From positions 236,406,001 through 236,470,000 of the forward strand of contig OZ024743.1 in the NCBI GenBank assembly GCA_964016885.1: 64,000 bases of DNA. The letters run 5' to 3'. This document shows positions 23,901 through 38,900 of this stretch, piece by piece (the first letter of the stretch is position 1; the number at the start of each line of letters is the position of its first letter). The notes below the pieces were generated by a model. The model made no database searches and was not told where the DNA came from. It saw only the letters and a list, made by a program, of their open reading frames with translations. The DNA comes from Eledone cirrhosa. Lineage: Eukaryota. A program made the translations under genes and the position numbers.

Positions 23901-26900
23901 CCTTCAGTCAATCTCCTATACTACGGGTTGTATGTTCCTTCAGTCAATCTCCTATACTACAGGTTGTATGTTCCTTCAGTCAATCTCCTATACTACTGGT
24001 TGTATGTTCCTTCAGTCAATCTCCTATACTACTGGTTGTATGTTCCTTCAGTCAATCTCCTATACTACGGGTTGTATGTTCCTTCAGTCAATCTCCTATA
24101 CTACGGGTTGTATGTTCCTTCAGTCAATCTCCTATACTACGGGTTGTATGTTCCTTCAGTCAATCTCCTATACTACAGGTTGTATGTTCCTTCAGTCAAT
24201 CTCCTATACTACTGGTTGTATTTTCCTTCAGTCAATCTTCTATACTACAGGTTGTATGTTCCTTCAGTCAATCTCCTATACTACTGGTTGTATATTCCTT
24301 CAGTCAATCTCCTATACTACAGGTTGTATGTTCCTTCAGTCAATCTCCTATACTACTGGTTGTATGTTCCTTCAGTCAATCTCCTATACTACGGGTTGTA
24401 TGTTCCTTCAGTCAATCTCCTATACTACAGGTTGTATGTTCCTTCAGTCAATCCCCTATACAACTGGTTGTATATTCCTTCAGTCAATCCCCTATACTAC
24501 TGGTTGTATATTCCTTCAGACAATCTCCTATACTACTGGTTGTATGTTCCTTCAGTCAATCTCCTATACTACAGGTTGTATGTTCCTTCAGTCAATCTCT
24601 TATAAAACTGGTTGTATGTTCCTTCAGTCAATCTCCTATACTACTGGTTGTATGTTGCTTCAGTCAATATCCTATACTACTGGTTGTATGTTCCTTCAGT
24701 CAATCTCCTATAATACTGGTTGTATGTTCCTTCAGTCAATCTCCTATACTACTGGTTGTATATTCCTTCAGTTAATCTACTATACTAAGTGTTGTATATT
24801 CCTTCAGTCAATCTCCTATACTACTGGTTGTATATTCCTTCAGTCAATCTCCTATACTACTGGTTGTATGTTCCTTCAGTCAATCTCCTATACTACAGGT
24901 TGTATGTACCTTCAGTCAATCTCCTATACTACGGGTTGTATGTTCCTTCAGTCAATCTCCTATACTACTGGTTGTATGTTCCTTCAGTCAATCTCCTATA
25001 CTACGGGTTGTATGTACCTTCAGGCAATCTCCTATACTACGGGTTGTATGTTCCTTCAGTCAATCTCCTATACTACTGGTTGTATGTTCCTTCAGTCAAT
25101 CTCCTATACTACAGGTTGTATGTACCTTCAGTCAATCTCCTATACTACGGGTTGTATGTTCCTTCAGTCAATCTCCTATACTACTGGTTGTATGTTCCTT
25201 CAGTCAATCTCCTATACTACGGGTTGTATGTTCCTTCAGTCAATCTCCTATACTACGGGTTGTAAGTTCCTTCAGTGAATCTCCTATACTACGGGTTGTA
25301 TGTTCCTTCAGTCAATCTCCTATACTACTGGTTGTATGTTCCTTCAGTCAATCTCCTATACTACGGATTGTATGTTCCTTCAGTCAATCTCCTATACTAC
25401 TGGTTGTATGTTCCTTCAGTCAATCTCCTATACTACTGGTTGTATGTTCCTTCAATCAATCTCCTATACTACAGGTTGTATGTACCTTCAGTCAATCTCC
25501 TATACTACGGGTTGTATGTTCCTTCAGTCAATCTCCTATACTACTGGTTGTATGTTCCTTCAGTCAATCTCCTATACTACGGGTTGTATGTTCCTTCAGT
25601 CAATCTCCTATAATACGGGTTGTATGATCCTTCAGTCAATCTCCTATACTACGGGTTGTATGTTCCTTCAGTCAATCTCCTATACTACGGGTTGTATGTT
25701 CCTTCAGTCAATCTCCTATACTACGGGTTGTATGTTCCTTCAGTCAATCTCCTATTATACAGGTTGTATGTTCCTTCAGTCAATCTCCTATACTACTGGT
25801 TGTATGTTCCTTCAGTCAATCTCCTATACTACAGGTTGTATGTTCCTTCAGTCAATCTCCTATACTACTGGTTGTATATTCCTTCAGTCAATCTCCTATA
25901 CTACAGGTTGTATGTTCCTTCAGTCAATCTCCTATACCACTGGTTGTATGTTCCTTCAGTCAATCTCCTATACTACGGGTTGTATGTTCCTTCAGTCAAT
26001 CTCCTATACTACAGGTTGTATGTTCCTTCAGTCAATCCCCTATACTACTGGTTGTATATTCCTTCAGTCAATCCCCTATACTACTGGTTGTATATTGCTT
26101 CAGTCAATCTCCTATACTACTGGTTGTATGTTCCTTCAGTCAATCTCCTATACTACAGGTTGTATGTTCCTTCAGTCAATCTCTTATAAAACTGGTTGTA
26201 TGTTCCTTCAGTCAATCTCCTATACTACTGGTTGTATGTTGCTTCAGTCAATATCCTATACTACTGGTTGTATGTTCCTTCAGTCAATCTCCTATAATAC
26301 TGGTTGTATGTTCCTTCAGTCAATCTCCTATACTACTGGTTGTATATTCCTTCAGTTAATCTACTATACTACGTGTTGTATATTCCTTCAGTCAATCTCC
26401 TATACTACTGGTTGTATGTTCCTTCAGTCAATCTGCTATACTACTGGTTGTATGTTCCTTCAGTCAATCTCCTATACTACAGGTTGTATGTACCTTCAGT
26501 CAATCTCCTATACTACGGGTTGTATGTTCCTTCAGTCAATCTCCTATACTACTGGTTGTATGTTCCTTCAGTCAATCTCCTATACTACGGGTTGTATGTA
26601 CCTTCAGTCAATCTCCTATACTACGGGTTGTATGTTCCTTCAGTCAATCCCCTATACTACTGGTTGTATATTCCTTCAGTCAATCCCCTATACTACTGGT
26701 TGTATATTCCTTCAGACAATCTCCTATACTACTGGTTGTATGTTCCTTCAGTCAATCTCCTATACTACAGGTTGTATGTTCCTTCAGTCAATCTCTTATA
26801 AAACTGGTTGTATGTTCCTTCAGTCAATCTCCTATACTACTGGTTGTATGTTGCTTCAGTCAATATCCTATACTACTGGTTGTATGTTCCTTCAGTCAAT

Positions 26901-29900
26901 CTCCTATAATACTGGTTGTATGTTCCTTCAGTCAATCTCCTATACTACTGGTTGTATATTCCTTCAGTTAATCTCCTATACTACGGGTTGTATGTTCCTT
27001 CAGTCAATCTCCTATACTACTGGTTGTATGTTCCTTCAGTCAATCTCCTATACTACAGGTTGTATGTACCTTCAGTCAATCTCCTATACTACGGGTTGTA
27101 TGTTCCTTCAGTCAATCTCCTATACTACTGGTTGTATGTTCCTTCAGTCAATCTCCTATACTACGGGTTGTATGTTCCTTCAGTCAATCTCCTATACTAC
27201 GGGTTGTATGTTCCTTCAGTCAATCTCCTATACTACGGGTTGTAAGTTCCTTCAGTCAATCTCCTATACTACGGGTTGTATGTTCCTTCAGTCAATCTCC
27301 TATACTACTGGTTGTATGTTCCTTCAGTCAATCTCCTATACTACGGATTGTATGTTCCTTCAGTCAATCTCCTATACTACTGGTTGTATGTTCCTACAGT
27401 CAATCTCCTATACTACTGGTTGTATGTTCCTTCAATCAATCTCCTATACTACAGGTTGTATGTACCTTCAGTCAATCTCCTATACTACGGGTTGTATGTT
27501 CCTTCAGTCAATCTCCTATACTACTGGTTGTATGTTCCTTCAGTCAATCTCCTATACTACGGGTTGTATGTTCCTTCAGTCAATCTCCTATAATACGGGT
27601 TGTATGTTCCTTCAGTCAATCTCCTATACTACGGGTTGTATGTTCCTTCAGTCAATCTCCTATACTACGGGTTGTATGTTCCTTCAGTCAATCTCCTATA
27701 CTACGGGTTGTATGTTCCTTCAGTCAATCTCCTATTATACGGGTTGTATGTTCCTTCAGTCAATCTCCTATACTACTGGTTGTATGTTCCTTCAGTCAAT
27801 CTCCTATACTACGGGTTGTATGTTCCTTCAGTCAATCTCCTATACTACGGGTTGTATGTTCCTTCAGTCAATCTCCTATACTACAGGTTGTATGTTCCTT
27901 CAGTCAATCTCCTATACTACTGGTTGTAAGTTCCTTCAGTCAATCTCCTATAATACAGGTTGTATGTTCCTTCAGTCAATCTCCTATACTACTGGTTGTA
28001 TATTCCTTCAGTCAATCTCCTATACTACAGGTTGTATATTCCTTCAGTCAATCTCCTATACTACTGGTTGTATGTTCCTTCAGTCAATCTTCTATACTAC
28101 GGGTTGTATGTTCCTTCAGTCAATCTCCTATACTACAGGTTGTATGTTCCTTCAGTCAATCCCCTATACTACTGGTTGTATATTCCTTCAGTCAATCCCC
28201 TATACTACTGGTTGTATATTCCTTCAGTCAATCTCCTATACTACTGGTTGTATGTTCCTTCAGTCAATCTCCTATACTACAGGTTGTATGTTCCTTCAGT
28301 CAATCTCTTATAAAACTGGTTGTATGTTCCTTCAGTCAATCTCCTATACTACTGGTTGTATGTTGCTTCAGTCAATATCCTATACTACTGGTTGTATGTT
28401 CCTTCAGTCAATCTCCTATAATACTGGTTGTATGTTCCTTCAGTCAATCTCCTATACTACTGGTTGTATATTCCTTCAGTTAATCTACTATACTACTGGT
28501 TGTATGTTCCTTCAGTCAATCTGCTATACTACTGGTTGTATATTCCTTCAGTCAATCTCCTATACTACGGATTGTATGTTCCTTCAGTCAATCTCCTATA
28601 CTACTGGTTGTATATTCCTTCAGTTAATCTACTATACTACTGGTTGTATGTTCCTTCAGTCAATCTCCTATACTACAGGTTGTATGTTCCTTCAGTCAAT
28701 CTGCTATACTACTGGTTGTATGTTCCTTCAGTCAATCTCCTATACTACGGATTGTATGTTCCTTCAGTCAATCTCCTATACTACTGGTTGTATGTTCCTT
28801 CAGTCAATCTCCTATACTACTGGTTGTATGTTCCTTCAATCAATCTCCTATACTACAGGTTGTATGTACCTTCAGTCAATCTCCTATACTACGGGTTGTA
28901 TGTTCCTTCAGTCAATCTCCTATACTACTGGTTGTATGTTCCTTCAGTCAATCTCCTATACTACGGGTTGTATGTTCCTTCAGTCAATCTCCTATACTAC
29001 GGGTTGTATGTTCCTTCAGTCAATCTCCTATGCTACTGGTTGTATGTTCCTTCAGTCAATCTCCTATACTACGGGTTGTATGTTCCTTCAGTCAATCTCC
29101 TATACTACGGGTTGTATGTTCCTTCAGTCAATCTCCTATACTACGGGTTGTATGTTCCTTCAGTCAATCTCCTATTCTACGGGTTGTATGTTCCTTCAGT
29201 CAATCTCCTATACTACTGGTTGTATGTTCCTTCAGTCAATCTCCTATACTACTGGTTGTATATTCCTTCAGTCAATCTCCTATACTACAGGTTGTATGTT
29301 CCTTCAGTCAATCTCCTATACTACTGGTTGTATGTTCCTTCAGTCAATCTCCTATACTACGGGTTGTATGTTCCTTCAGTCAATCTCCTATACTACGGGT
29401 TGTATGTTCCTTCAGTCAATCTCCTATACTACAGGTTGTATGTTCCTTCAGTCAATCTCCTATACTACTGGTTGTATGTTCCTTCAGTCAATCTCCTATA
29501 CTACAGGTTGTATGTTCCTTCAGTCAATCTGCTATACTACTGGTTGTATATTCCTTCAGTCAATCTCCTATACTACAGGTTGTATGTTCCTTCAGTCAAT
29601 CTCCTATACTACTGGTTGTATGTTCCTTCAGTCAATCTCCTATACTACGGGTTGTATGTTCCTTCAGTCAATCTCCTATACTACAGGTTGTATGTTCCTT
29701 CAGTCAATCCCCTATACTACTGGTTGTATATTCCTTCAGTCAATCCCCTATACTACTGGTTGTATATTCCTTCAGTCAATCTCCTATACTACTGGTTGTA
29801 TGTTCCTTCAGTCAATCTCCTATACTACAGGTTGTATGTTCCTTCAGTCAATCTCTTATAAAACTGGTTGTATGTTCCTTCAGTCAATCTCCTATACTAC

Positions 29901-32900
29901 TGGTTGTATGTTGCTTCAGTCAATATCCTATACTACTGGTTGTATGTTCCTTCAGTCAATCTCCTATAATACTGGTTGTATGTTCCTTCAGTCAATCTCC
30001 TATACTACTGGTTGTATATTCCTTCAGTTAATCTACTATACTACGTGTTGTATATTCCTTCAGTCAATCTCCTATACTACTGGTTGTATGTTCCTTCAGT
30101 CAATCTGCTATACTACTGGTTGTATGTTCCTTCAGTCAATCTCCTATACTACAGGTTGTATGTACCTTCAGTCAATCTCCTATACTACGGGTTGTATGTT
30201 CCTTCAGTCAATCTCCTATACTACTGGTTGTATGTTCCTTCAGTCAATCTCCTATACTACGGGTTGTATGTACCTTCAGTCAATCTCCTATACTACGGGT
30301 TGTATGTTCCTTCAGTCAATCCCCTATACTACTGGTTGTATATTCCTTCAGTCAATCCCCTATACTACTGGTTGTATATTCCTTCAGACAATCTCCTATA
30401 CTACTGGTTGTATGTTCCTTCAGTCAATCTCCTATACTACAGGTTGTATGTTCCTTCAGTCAATCTCTTATAAAACTGGTTGTATGTTCCTTCAGTCAAT
30501 CTCCTATACTACTGGTTGTATGTTGCTTCAGTCAATATCCTATACTACTGGTTGTATGTTCCTTCAGTCAATCTCCTATAATACTGGTTGTATGTTCCTT
30601 CAGTCAATCTCCTATACTACTGGTTGTATATTCCTTCAGTTAATCTCCTATACTACGGGTTGTATGTTCCTTCAGTCAATCTCCTATACTACTGGTTGTA
30701 TGTTCCTTCAGTCAATCTCCTATACTACAGGTTGTATGTACCTTCAGTCAATCTCCTATACTACGGGTTGTATGTTCCTTCAGTCAATCTCCTATACTAC
30801 TGGTTGTATGTTCCTTCAGTCAATCTCCTATACTACGGGTTGTATGTTCCTTCAGTCAATCTCCTATACTACGGGTTGTATGTTCCTTCAGTCAATCTCC
30901 TATACTACGTGTTGTAAGTTCCTTCAGTCAATCTCCTATACTACGGGTTGTATGTTCCTTCAGTCAATCTCCTATACTACTGGTTGTATGTTCCTTCAGT
31001 CAATCTCCTATACTACGGATTGTATGTTCCTTCAGTCAATCTCCTATACTACTGGTTGTATGTTCCTACAGTCAATCTCCTATACTACTGGTTGTATGTT
31101 CCTTCAATCAATCTCCTATACTATAGGTTGTATGTACCTTCAGTCAATCTCCTATACTACGGGTTGTATGTTCCTTCAGTCAATCTCCTATACTACTGGT
31201 TGTATGTTCCTTCAGTCAATCTCCTATACTACGGGTTGTATGTTCCTTCAGTCAATCTCCTATAATACGGGTTGTATGTTCCTTCAGTCAATCTCCTATA
31301 CTACGGGTTGTATGTTCCTTCAGTCAATCTCCTATACTACGGGTTGTATGTTCCTTCAGTCAATCTCCTATACTACGGGTTGTATGTTCCTTCAGTCAAT
31401 CTCCTATTATACGGGTTGTATGTTCCTTCAGTCAATCTCCTATACTACTGGTTGTATGTTCCTTCAGTCAATCTCCTATACTACGGGTTGTATGTTCCTT
31501 CAGTCAATCTCCTATACTACGGGTTGTATGTTCCTTCAGTCAATCTCCTATACTACAGGTTGTATGTTCCTTCAGTCAATCTCCTATACTACTGGTTGTA
31601 AGTTCCTTCAGTCAATCTCCTATAATACAGGTTGTATGTTCCTTCAGTCAATCTCCTATACTACTGGTTGTATATTCCTTCAGTCAATCTCCTATACTAC
31701 AGGTTGTATATTCCTTCAGTCAATCTCCTATACTACTGGTTGTATGTTCCTTCAGTCAATCTTCTATACTACGGGTTGTATGTTCCTTCAGTCAATCTCC
31801 TATACTACAGGTTGTATGTTCCTTCAGTCAATCTGCTATACTACTGGTTGTATATTCCTTCAGTCAATCTCCTATACTACAGGTTGTATGTTCCTTCAGT
31901 CAATCTCCTATACTACTGGTTGTATGTTCCTTCAGTCAATCTCCTATACTACGGGTTGTATGTTCCTTCAGTCAATCTCCTATACTACAGGTTGTATGTT
32001 CCTTCAGTCAATCCCCTATACTACTGGTTGTATATTCCTTCAGTCAATCCCCTATACTACTGGTTGTATATTCCTTCAGTCAATCTCCTATACTACTGGT
32101 TGTATGTTCCTTCAGTCAATCTCCTATACTACAGGTTGTATGTTCCTTCAGTCAATCTCTTATAAAACTGGTTGTATGTTCCTTCAGTCAATCTCCTATA
32201 CTACTGGTTGTATGTTGCTTCAGTCAATATCCTATACTACTGGTTGTATGTTCCTTCAGTCAATCTCCTATAATACTGGTTGTATGTTCCTTCAGTCAAT
32301 CTCCTATACTACTGGTTGTATATTCCTTCAGTTAATCTACTATACTACGTGTTGTATATTCCTTCAGTCAATCTCCTATACTACTGGTTGTATGTTCCTT
32401 CAGTCAATCTGCTTTACTACTGGTTGTATGTTCCTTCAGTCAATCTCCTATACTACAGGTTGTATGTACCTTCAGTCAATCTCCTATACTACGGGTTGTA
32501 TGTTCCTTCAGTCAATCTCCTATACTACTGGTTGTATGTTCCTTCAGTCAATCTCCTATACTACGGGTTGTATGTTCCTTCAGTCAATCTCCTATAATAC
32601 GGGTTGTATGTTCCTTCAGTCAATCTCCTATACTACGGGTTGTATGTTCCTTCAGTCAATCTCCTATACTACGGGTTGTATGTTCCTTCAGTCAATCTCC
32701 TATACTACGGGTTGTATGTTCCTTCAGTCAATCTCCTATTATACGGGTTGTATGTTCCTTCAGTCAATCTCCTATACTACTGGTTGTATGTTCCTTCAGT
32801 CAATCTCCTATACTACGGGTTGTATGTTCCTTCAGTCAATCTCCTATACTACGGGTTGTATGTTCCTTCAGTCAATCTCCTATACTACAGGTTGTATGTT

Positions 32901-35900
32901 CCTTCAGTCAATCTCCTATACTACTGGTTGTAAGTTCCTTCAGTCAATCTCCTATAATACAGGTTGTATGTTCCTTCAGTCAATCTCCTATACTACTGGT
33001 TGTATATTCCTTCAGTCAATCTCCTATACTACAGGTTGTATATTCCTTCAGTCAATCTCCTATACTACTGGTTGTATGTTCCTTCAGTCAATCTTCTATA
33101 CTACGGGTTGTATGTTCCTTCAGTCAATCTCCTATACTACAGGTTGTATGTTCCTTCAGTCAATCTGCTATACTACTGGTTGTATATTCCTTCAGTCAAT
33201 CTCCTATACTACAGGTTGTATGTTCCTTCAGTCAATCTCCTATACTACTGGTTGTATGTTCCTTCAGTCAATCTCCTATACTACGGGTTGTATGTTCCTT
33301 CAGTCAATCTCCTATACTACAGGTTGTATGTTCCTTCAGTCAATCCCCTATACTACTGGTTGTATATTCCTTCAGTCAATCCCCTATACTACTGGTTGTA
33401 TATTCCTTCAGTCAATCTCCTATACTACTGGTTGTATGTTCCTTCAGTCAATCTCCTATACTACAGGTTGTATGTTCCTTCAGTCAATCTCTTATAAAAC
33501 TGGTTGTATGTTCCTTCAGTCAATCTCCTATACTACTGGTTGTATGTTGCTTCAGTCAATATCCTATACTACTGGTTGTATGTTCCTTCAGTCAATCTCC
33601 TATAATACTGGTTGTATGTTCCTTCAGTCAATCTCCTATACTACTGGTTGTATATTCCTTCAGTTAATCTACTATACTACGTGTTGTATATTCCTTCAGT
33701 CAATCTCCTATACTACTGGTTGTATGTTCCTTCAGTCAATCTGCTATACTACTGGTTGTATGTTCCTTCAGTCAATCTCCTATACTACAGGTTGTATGTA
33801 CCTTCAGTCAATCTCCTATACTACGGGTTGTATGCTCCTTCAGTCAATCTCCTATACTACTGGTTGTATGTTCCTTCAGTCAATCTCCTATACTACGGGT
33901 TGTATGTACCTTCAGTCAATCTCCTATACTACGGGTTGTATGTTCCTTCAGTCAATCCCCTATACTACTGGTTGTATATTCCTTCAGTCAATCCCCTATA
34001 CTACTGGTTGTATATTCCTTCAGACAATCTCCTATACTACTGGTTGTATGTTCCTTCAGTCAATCTCCTATACTACAGGTTGTATGTTCCTTCAGTCAAT
34101 CTCTTATAAAACTGGTTGTATGTTCCTTCAGTCAATCTCCTATACTACTGGTTGTATGTTGCTTCAGTCAATATCCTATACTACTGGTTGTATGTTCCTT
34201 CAGTCAATCTCCTATAATACTGGTTGTATGTTCCTTCAGTCAATCTCCTATACTACTGGTTGTATATTCCTTCAGTTAATCTCCTATACTACGGGTTGTA
34301 TGTTCCTTCAGTCAATCTCCTATACTACTGGTTGTATGTTCCTTCAGTCAATCTCCTATACTACAGGTTGTATGTACCTTCAGTCAATCTCCTATACTAC
34401 GGGTTGTATGTTCCTTCAGTCAATCTCCTATACTACTGGTTGTATGTTCCTTCAGTCAATCTCCTATACTACGGGTTGTATGTTCCTTCAGTCAATCTCC
34501 TATACTACGGGTTGTATGTTCCTTCAGTCAATCTCCTATACTACGGGTTGTAAGTTCCTTCAGTCAATCTCCTATACTACGGGTTGTATGTTCCTTCAGT
34601 CAATCTCCTATACTACTGGTTGTATGTTCCTTCAGTCAATCTCCTATACTACGGATTGTATGTTCCTTCAGTCAATCTCCTATACTACTGGTTGTATGTT
34701 CCTACAGTCAATCTCCTATACTACTGGTTGTATGTTCCTTCAATCAATCTCCTATACTACAGGTTGTATGTACCTTCAGTCAATCTCCTATACTACGGGT
34801 TGTATGTTCCTTCAGTCAATCTCCTATACTACTGGTTGTATGTTCCTTCAGTCAATCTCCTATACTACGGGTTGTATGTTCCTTCAGTCAATCTCCTATA
34901 ATACGGGTTGTATGTTCCTTCAGTCAATCTCCTATACTACGGGTTGTATGTTCCTTCAGTCAATCTCCTATACTACGGGTTGTATGTTCCTTCAGTCAAT
35001 CTCCTATACTACGGGTTGTATGTTCCTTCAGTCAATCTCCTATTATACGGGTTGTATGTTCCTTCAGTCAATCTCCTATACTACTGGTTGTATGTTCCTT
35101 CAGTCAATCTCCTATACTACGGGTTGTATGTTCCTTCAGTCAATCTCCTATACTACGGGTTGTATGTTCCTTCAGTCAATCTCCTATACTACAGGTTGTA
35201 TGTTCCTTCAGTCAATCTCCTATACTACTGGTTGTAAGTTCCTTCAGTCAATCTCCTATAATACAGGTTGTATGTTCCTTCAGTCAATCTCCTATACTAC
35301 TGGGTGTATATTCCTTCAGTCAATCTCCTATACTACAGGTTGTATATTCCTTCAGTCAATCTCCTATACTACTGGTTGTATGTTCCTTCAGTCAATCTTC
35401 TATACTACGGGTTGTATGTTCCTTCAGTCAATCTCCTATACTACAGGTTGTATGTTCCTTCAGTCAATCCCCTATACTACTGGTTGTATATTCCTTCAGT
35501 CAATCCCCTATACTACTGGTTGTATATTCCTTCAGTCAATCTCCTATACTACTGGTTGTATGTTCCTTCAGTCAATCTCCTATACTACAGGTTGTATGTT
35601 CCTTCAGTCAATCTCTTATAAAACTGGTTGTATGTTCCTTCAGTCAATCTCCTATACTACTGGTTGTATGTTGCTTCAGTCAATATCCTATACTACTGGT
35701 TGTATGTTCCTTCAGTCAATCTCCTATAATACTGGTTGTATGTTCCTTCAGTCAATCTCCTATACTACTGGTTGTATATTCCTTCAGTTAATCTACTATA
35801 CTACTGGTTGTATGTTCCTTCAGTCAATCTGCTATACTACTGGTTGTATATTCCTTCAGTCAATCTCCTATACTACGGATTGTATGTTCCTTCAGTCAAT

Positions 35901-38900
35901 CTCCTATACTACTGGTTGTATATTCCTTCAGTTAATCTACTATACTACTGGTTGTATGTTCCTTCAGTCAATCTCCTATACTACAGGTTGTATGTTCCTT
36001 CAGTCAATCTGCTATACTACTGGTTGTATGTTCCTTCAGTCAATCTCCTATACTACGGATTGTATGTTCCTTCAGTCAATCTCCTATACTACTGGTTGTA
36101 TGTTCCTTCAGTCAATCTCCTATACTACTGGTTGTATGTTCCTTCAATCAATCTCCTATACTACAGGTTGTATGTACCTTCAGTCAATCTCCTATACTAC
36201 GGGTTGTATGTTCCTTCAGTCAATCTCCTATACTACTGGTTGTATGTTCCTTCAGTCAATCTCCTATACTACGGGTTGTATGTTCCTTCAGTCAATCTCC
36301 TATACTACGGGTTGTATGTTCCTTCAGTCAATCTCCTATGCTACTGGTTGTATGTTCCTTCAGTCAATCTCCTATACTACGGGTTGTATGTTCCTTCAGT
36401 CAATCTCCTATACTACGGGTTGTATGTTCCTTCAGTCAATCTCCTATACTACGGGTTGTATGTTCCTTCAGTCAATCTCCTATTCTACGGGTTGTATGTT
36501 CCTTCAGTCAATCTCCTATACTACTGGTTGTATGTTCCTTCAGTCAATCTCCTATACTACTGGTTGTATATTCCTTCAGTCAATCTCCTATACTACAGGT
36601 TGTATGTTCCTTCAGTCAATCTCCTATACTACTGGTTGTATGTTCCTTCAGTCAATCTCCTATACTACGGGTTGTATGTTCCTTCAGTCAATCTCCTATA
36701 CTACGGGTTGTATGTTCCTTCAGTCAATCTCCTATACTACAGGTTGTATGTTCCTTCAGTCAATCTCCTATACTACTGGTTGTATGTTCCTTCAGTCAAT
36801 CTCCTATACTACAGGTTGTATGTTCCTTCAGTCAATCTGCTATACTACTGGTTGTATATTCCTTCAGTCAATCTCCTATACTACAGGTTGTATGTTCCTT
36901 CAGTCAATCTCCTATACTACTGGTTGTATGTTCCTTCAGTCAATCTCCTATACTACTGGTTGTATGTTGCTTCAGTCAATATCCTATACTACTGGTTGTA
37001 TGTTCCTTCAGTCAATCTCCTATAATACTGGTTGTATGTTCCTTCAGTCAATCTCCTATACTACTGGTTGTATATTCCTTCAGTTAATCTACTATACTAC
37101 GTGTTGTATATTCCTTCAGTCAATCTCCTATACTACTGGTTGTATATTCCTTCAGTCAATCTCCTAAACTACTGGTTGTATGTTCCTTCAGTCAATCTCC
37201 TATACTACAGGTTGTATGTTCCTTCAGTCAATCTCCTATACTACTGGTTGTATGTTCCTTCAGTCAATCTCCTATACTACTGGTTGTATGTTCCTTCAGT
37301 CAATCTCCTATACTACTGGTTGTATATTCCTTCAGTTAATCTCCTATACTACTGGTTGTATGTTCCTTCAGTTAATCTCCTATACTACTGGTTGTATGTT
37401 CCTTCAGTTAATCTCCTATACTACTGGTTGTATGTTCCTTCAGTCAATCTCCTATACTACTGGTTGTATATTCCTTCAGTTAATCTCCTATACTACTGGT
37501 TGTATGTTCTTTCAGTCAATCTCCTATACTACTGGTTGTATGTTCCTTCAGTCAATCTCCTATACTACTGGTTGTATATTCCTTCAGTCAATCTCCTATA
37601 CTACAGGTTGTATATTCCTTCAGTCAATCTCCTATACTACTGGTTGTATGTTCCTTCAGTCAATCTCCTATACTACTGGTTGTATGTTCCTTCAGTCAAT
37701 CTCCTATACTACTGGTTGTATATTCCTTCAGTCTATCTCCTATACTACAGGTTGTATATTCCTTCAGTCAATCTCCTATACTACAGGTTGTATGTTCCTT
37801 CAGTCAATCTCATATACTACTGGTTGTATATTCCTTCAGTCAATCTCCTATACTACAGGTTGTATATTCCTTCAGTCAATCTCCTATACTACAGGCTGTA
37901 TGTTCCTTCAGTCAATCTCCTATACTACTGGTTGTATATTCCTTCAGTTAATCTCCTATACTACTGGTTGTATGTTCCTTCAGTCAATCTCCTATACTAC
38001 TGGTGGTATGTTCCTTCAGTCAATCTCCTATACTACTGGTTGTATATTCCTTCAGTCAATCTCCTATACTACAGGTTGTATATTCCTTCAGTTAATCTCC
38101 TATACTACTGGTTGTATGTTCCTTCAGTCAATCTCCTATACTACGGATTGTATGTTCCTTCAGTCAATCTCCTATACTACTGGTTGTATGTTCCTTCAGT
38201 CAATCTCCTATACTACTGGTTGTATGTTCCTTCAGTCAATCTCCTATACTACGGATTGTATGTTCCTTCAGTCAATCTCCTATACTACTGGTTGTATGTT
38301 CCTTCAGTCAATCTCCTATACTACTGGTTGTATGTTCCTTCAGTCAATCTCCTATACTACGGATTGTATGTTCCTTCAGTCAATCTCCTATACTACTGGT
38401 TGTATGTTCCTTCATTTAATCTCCTATACTACGGATTGTATATTCCTTCAGTCAATCTCCTATACTACAGGTTGTATGTTCCTTCAGTCAATCTCCTATA
38501 CTACTGGTTGTATATTCCTTCAGTCAATCTCCTATACTACTGGTTGTATGTTCCTTCAGTCAATCTCCTATACTACGGATTGTATGTTCCTTCAGTCAAT
38601 CTCCTATACTACTGGTTGTATATTCCTTCAATCAATCTCCTATACTACTGGTTGTATGTTCCTTCAGTCAATCTCCTATACTACAGGTTGTATATTCCTT
38701 CAGTCAATCTCCTACACTACTAGTTGTATGTTCCTTCAGTCAATCTCCTATACTACAGGTTGTATATTCATTCAGTCAATCTCCTGTACTACTGGTTGTA
38801 TGTTCCTTCAGTCAATCTCCTATACTACAGGTTGTATATTCCTTCAGTCAATCTCCTATACTACAGGTTGTATGTTCCTTCAGTCAATCTCCTATACTAC

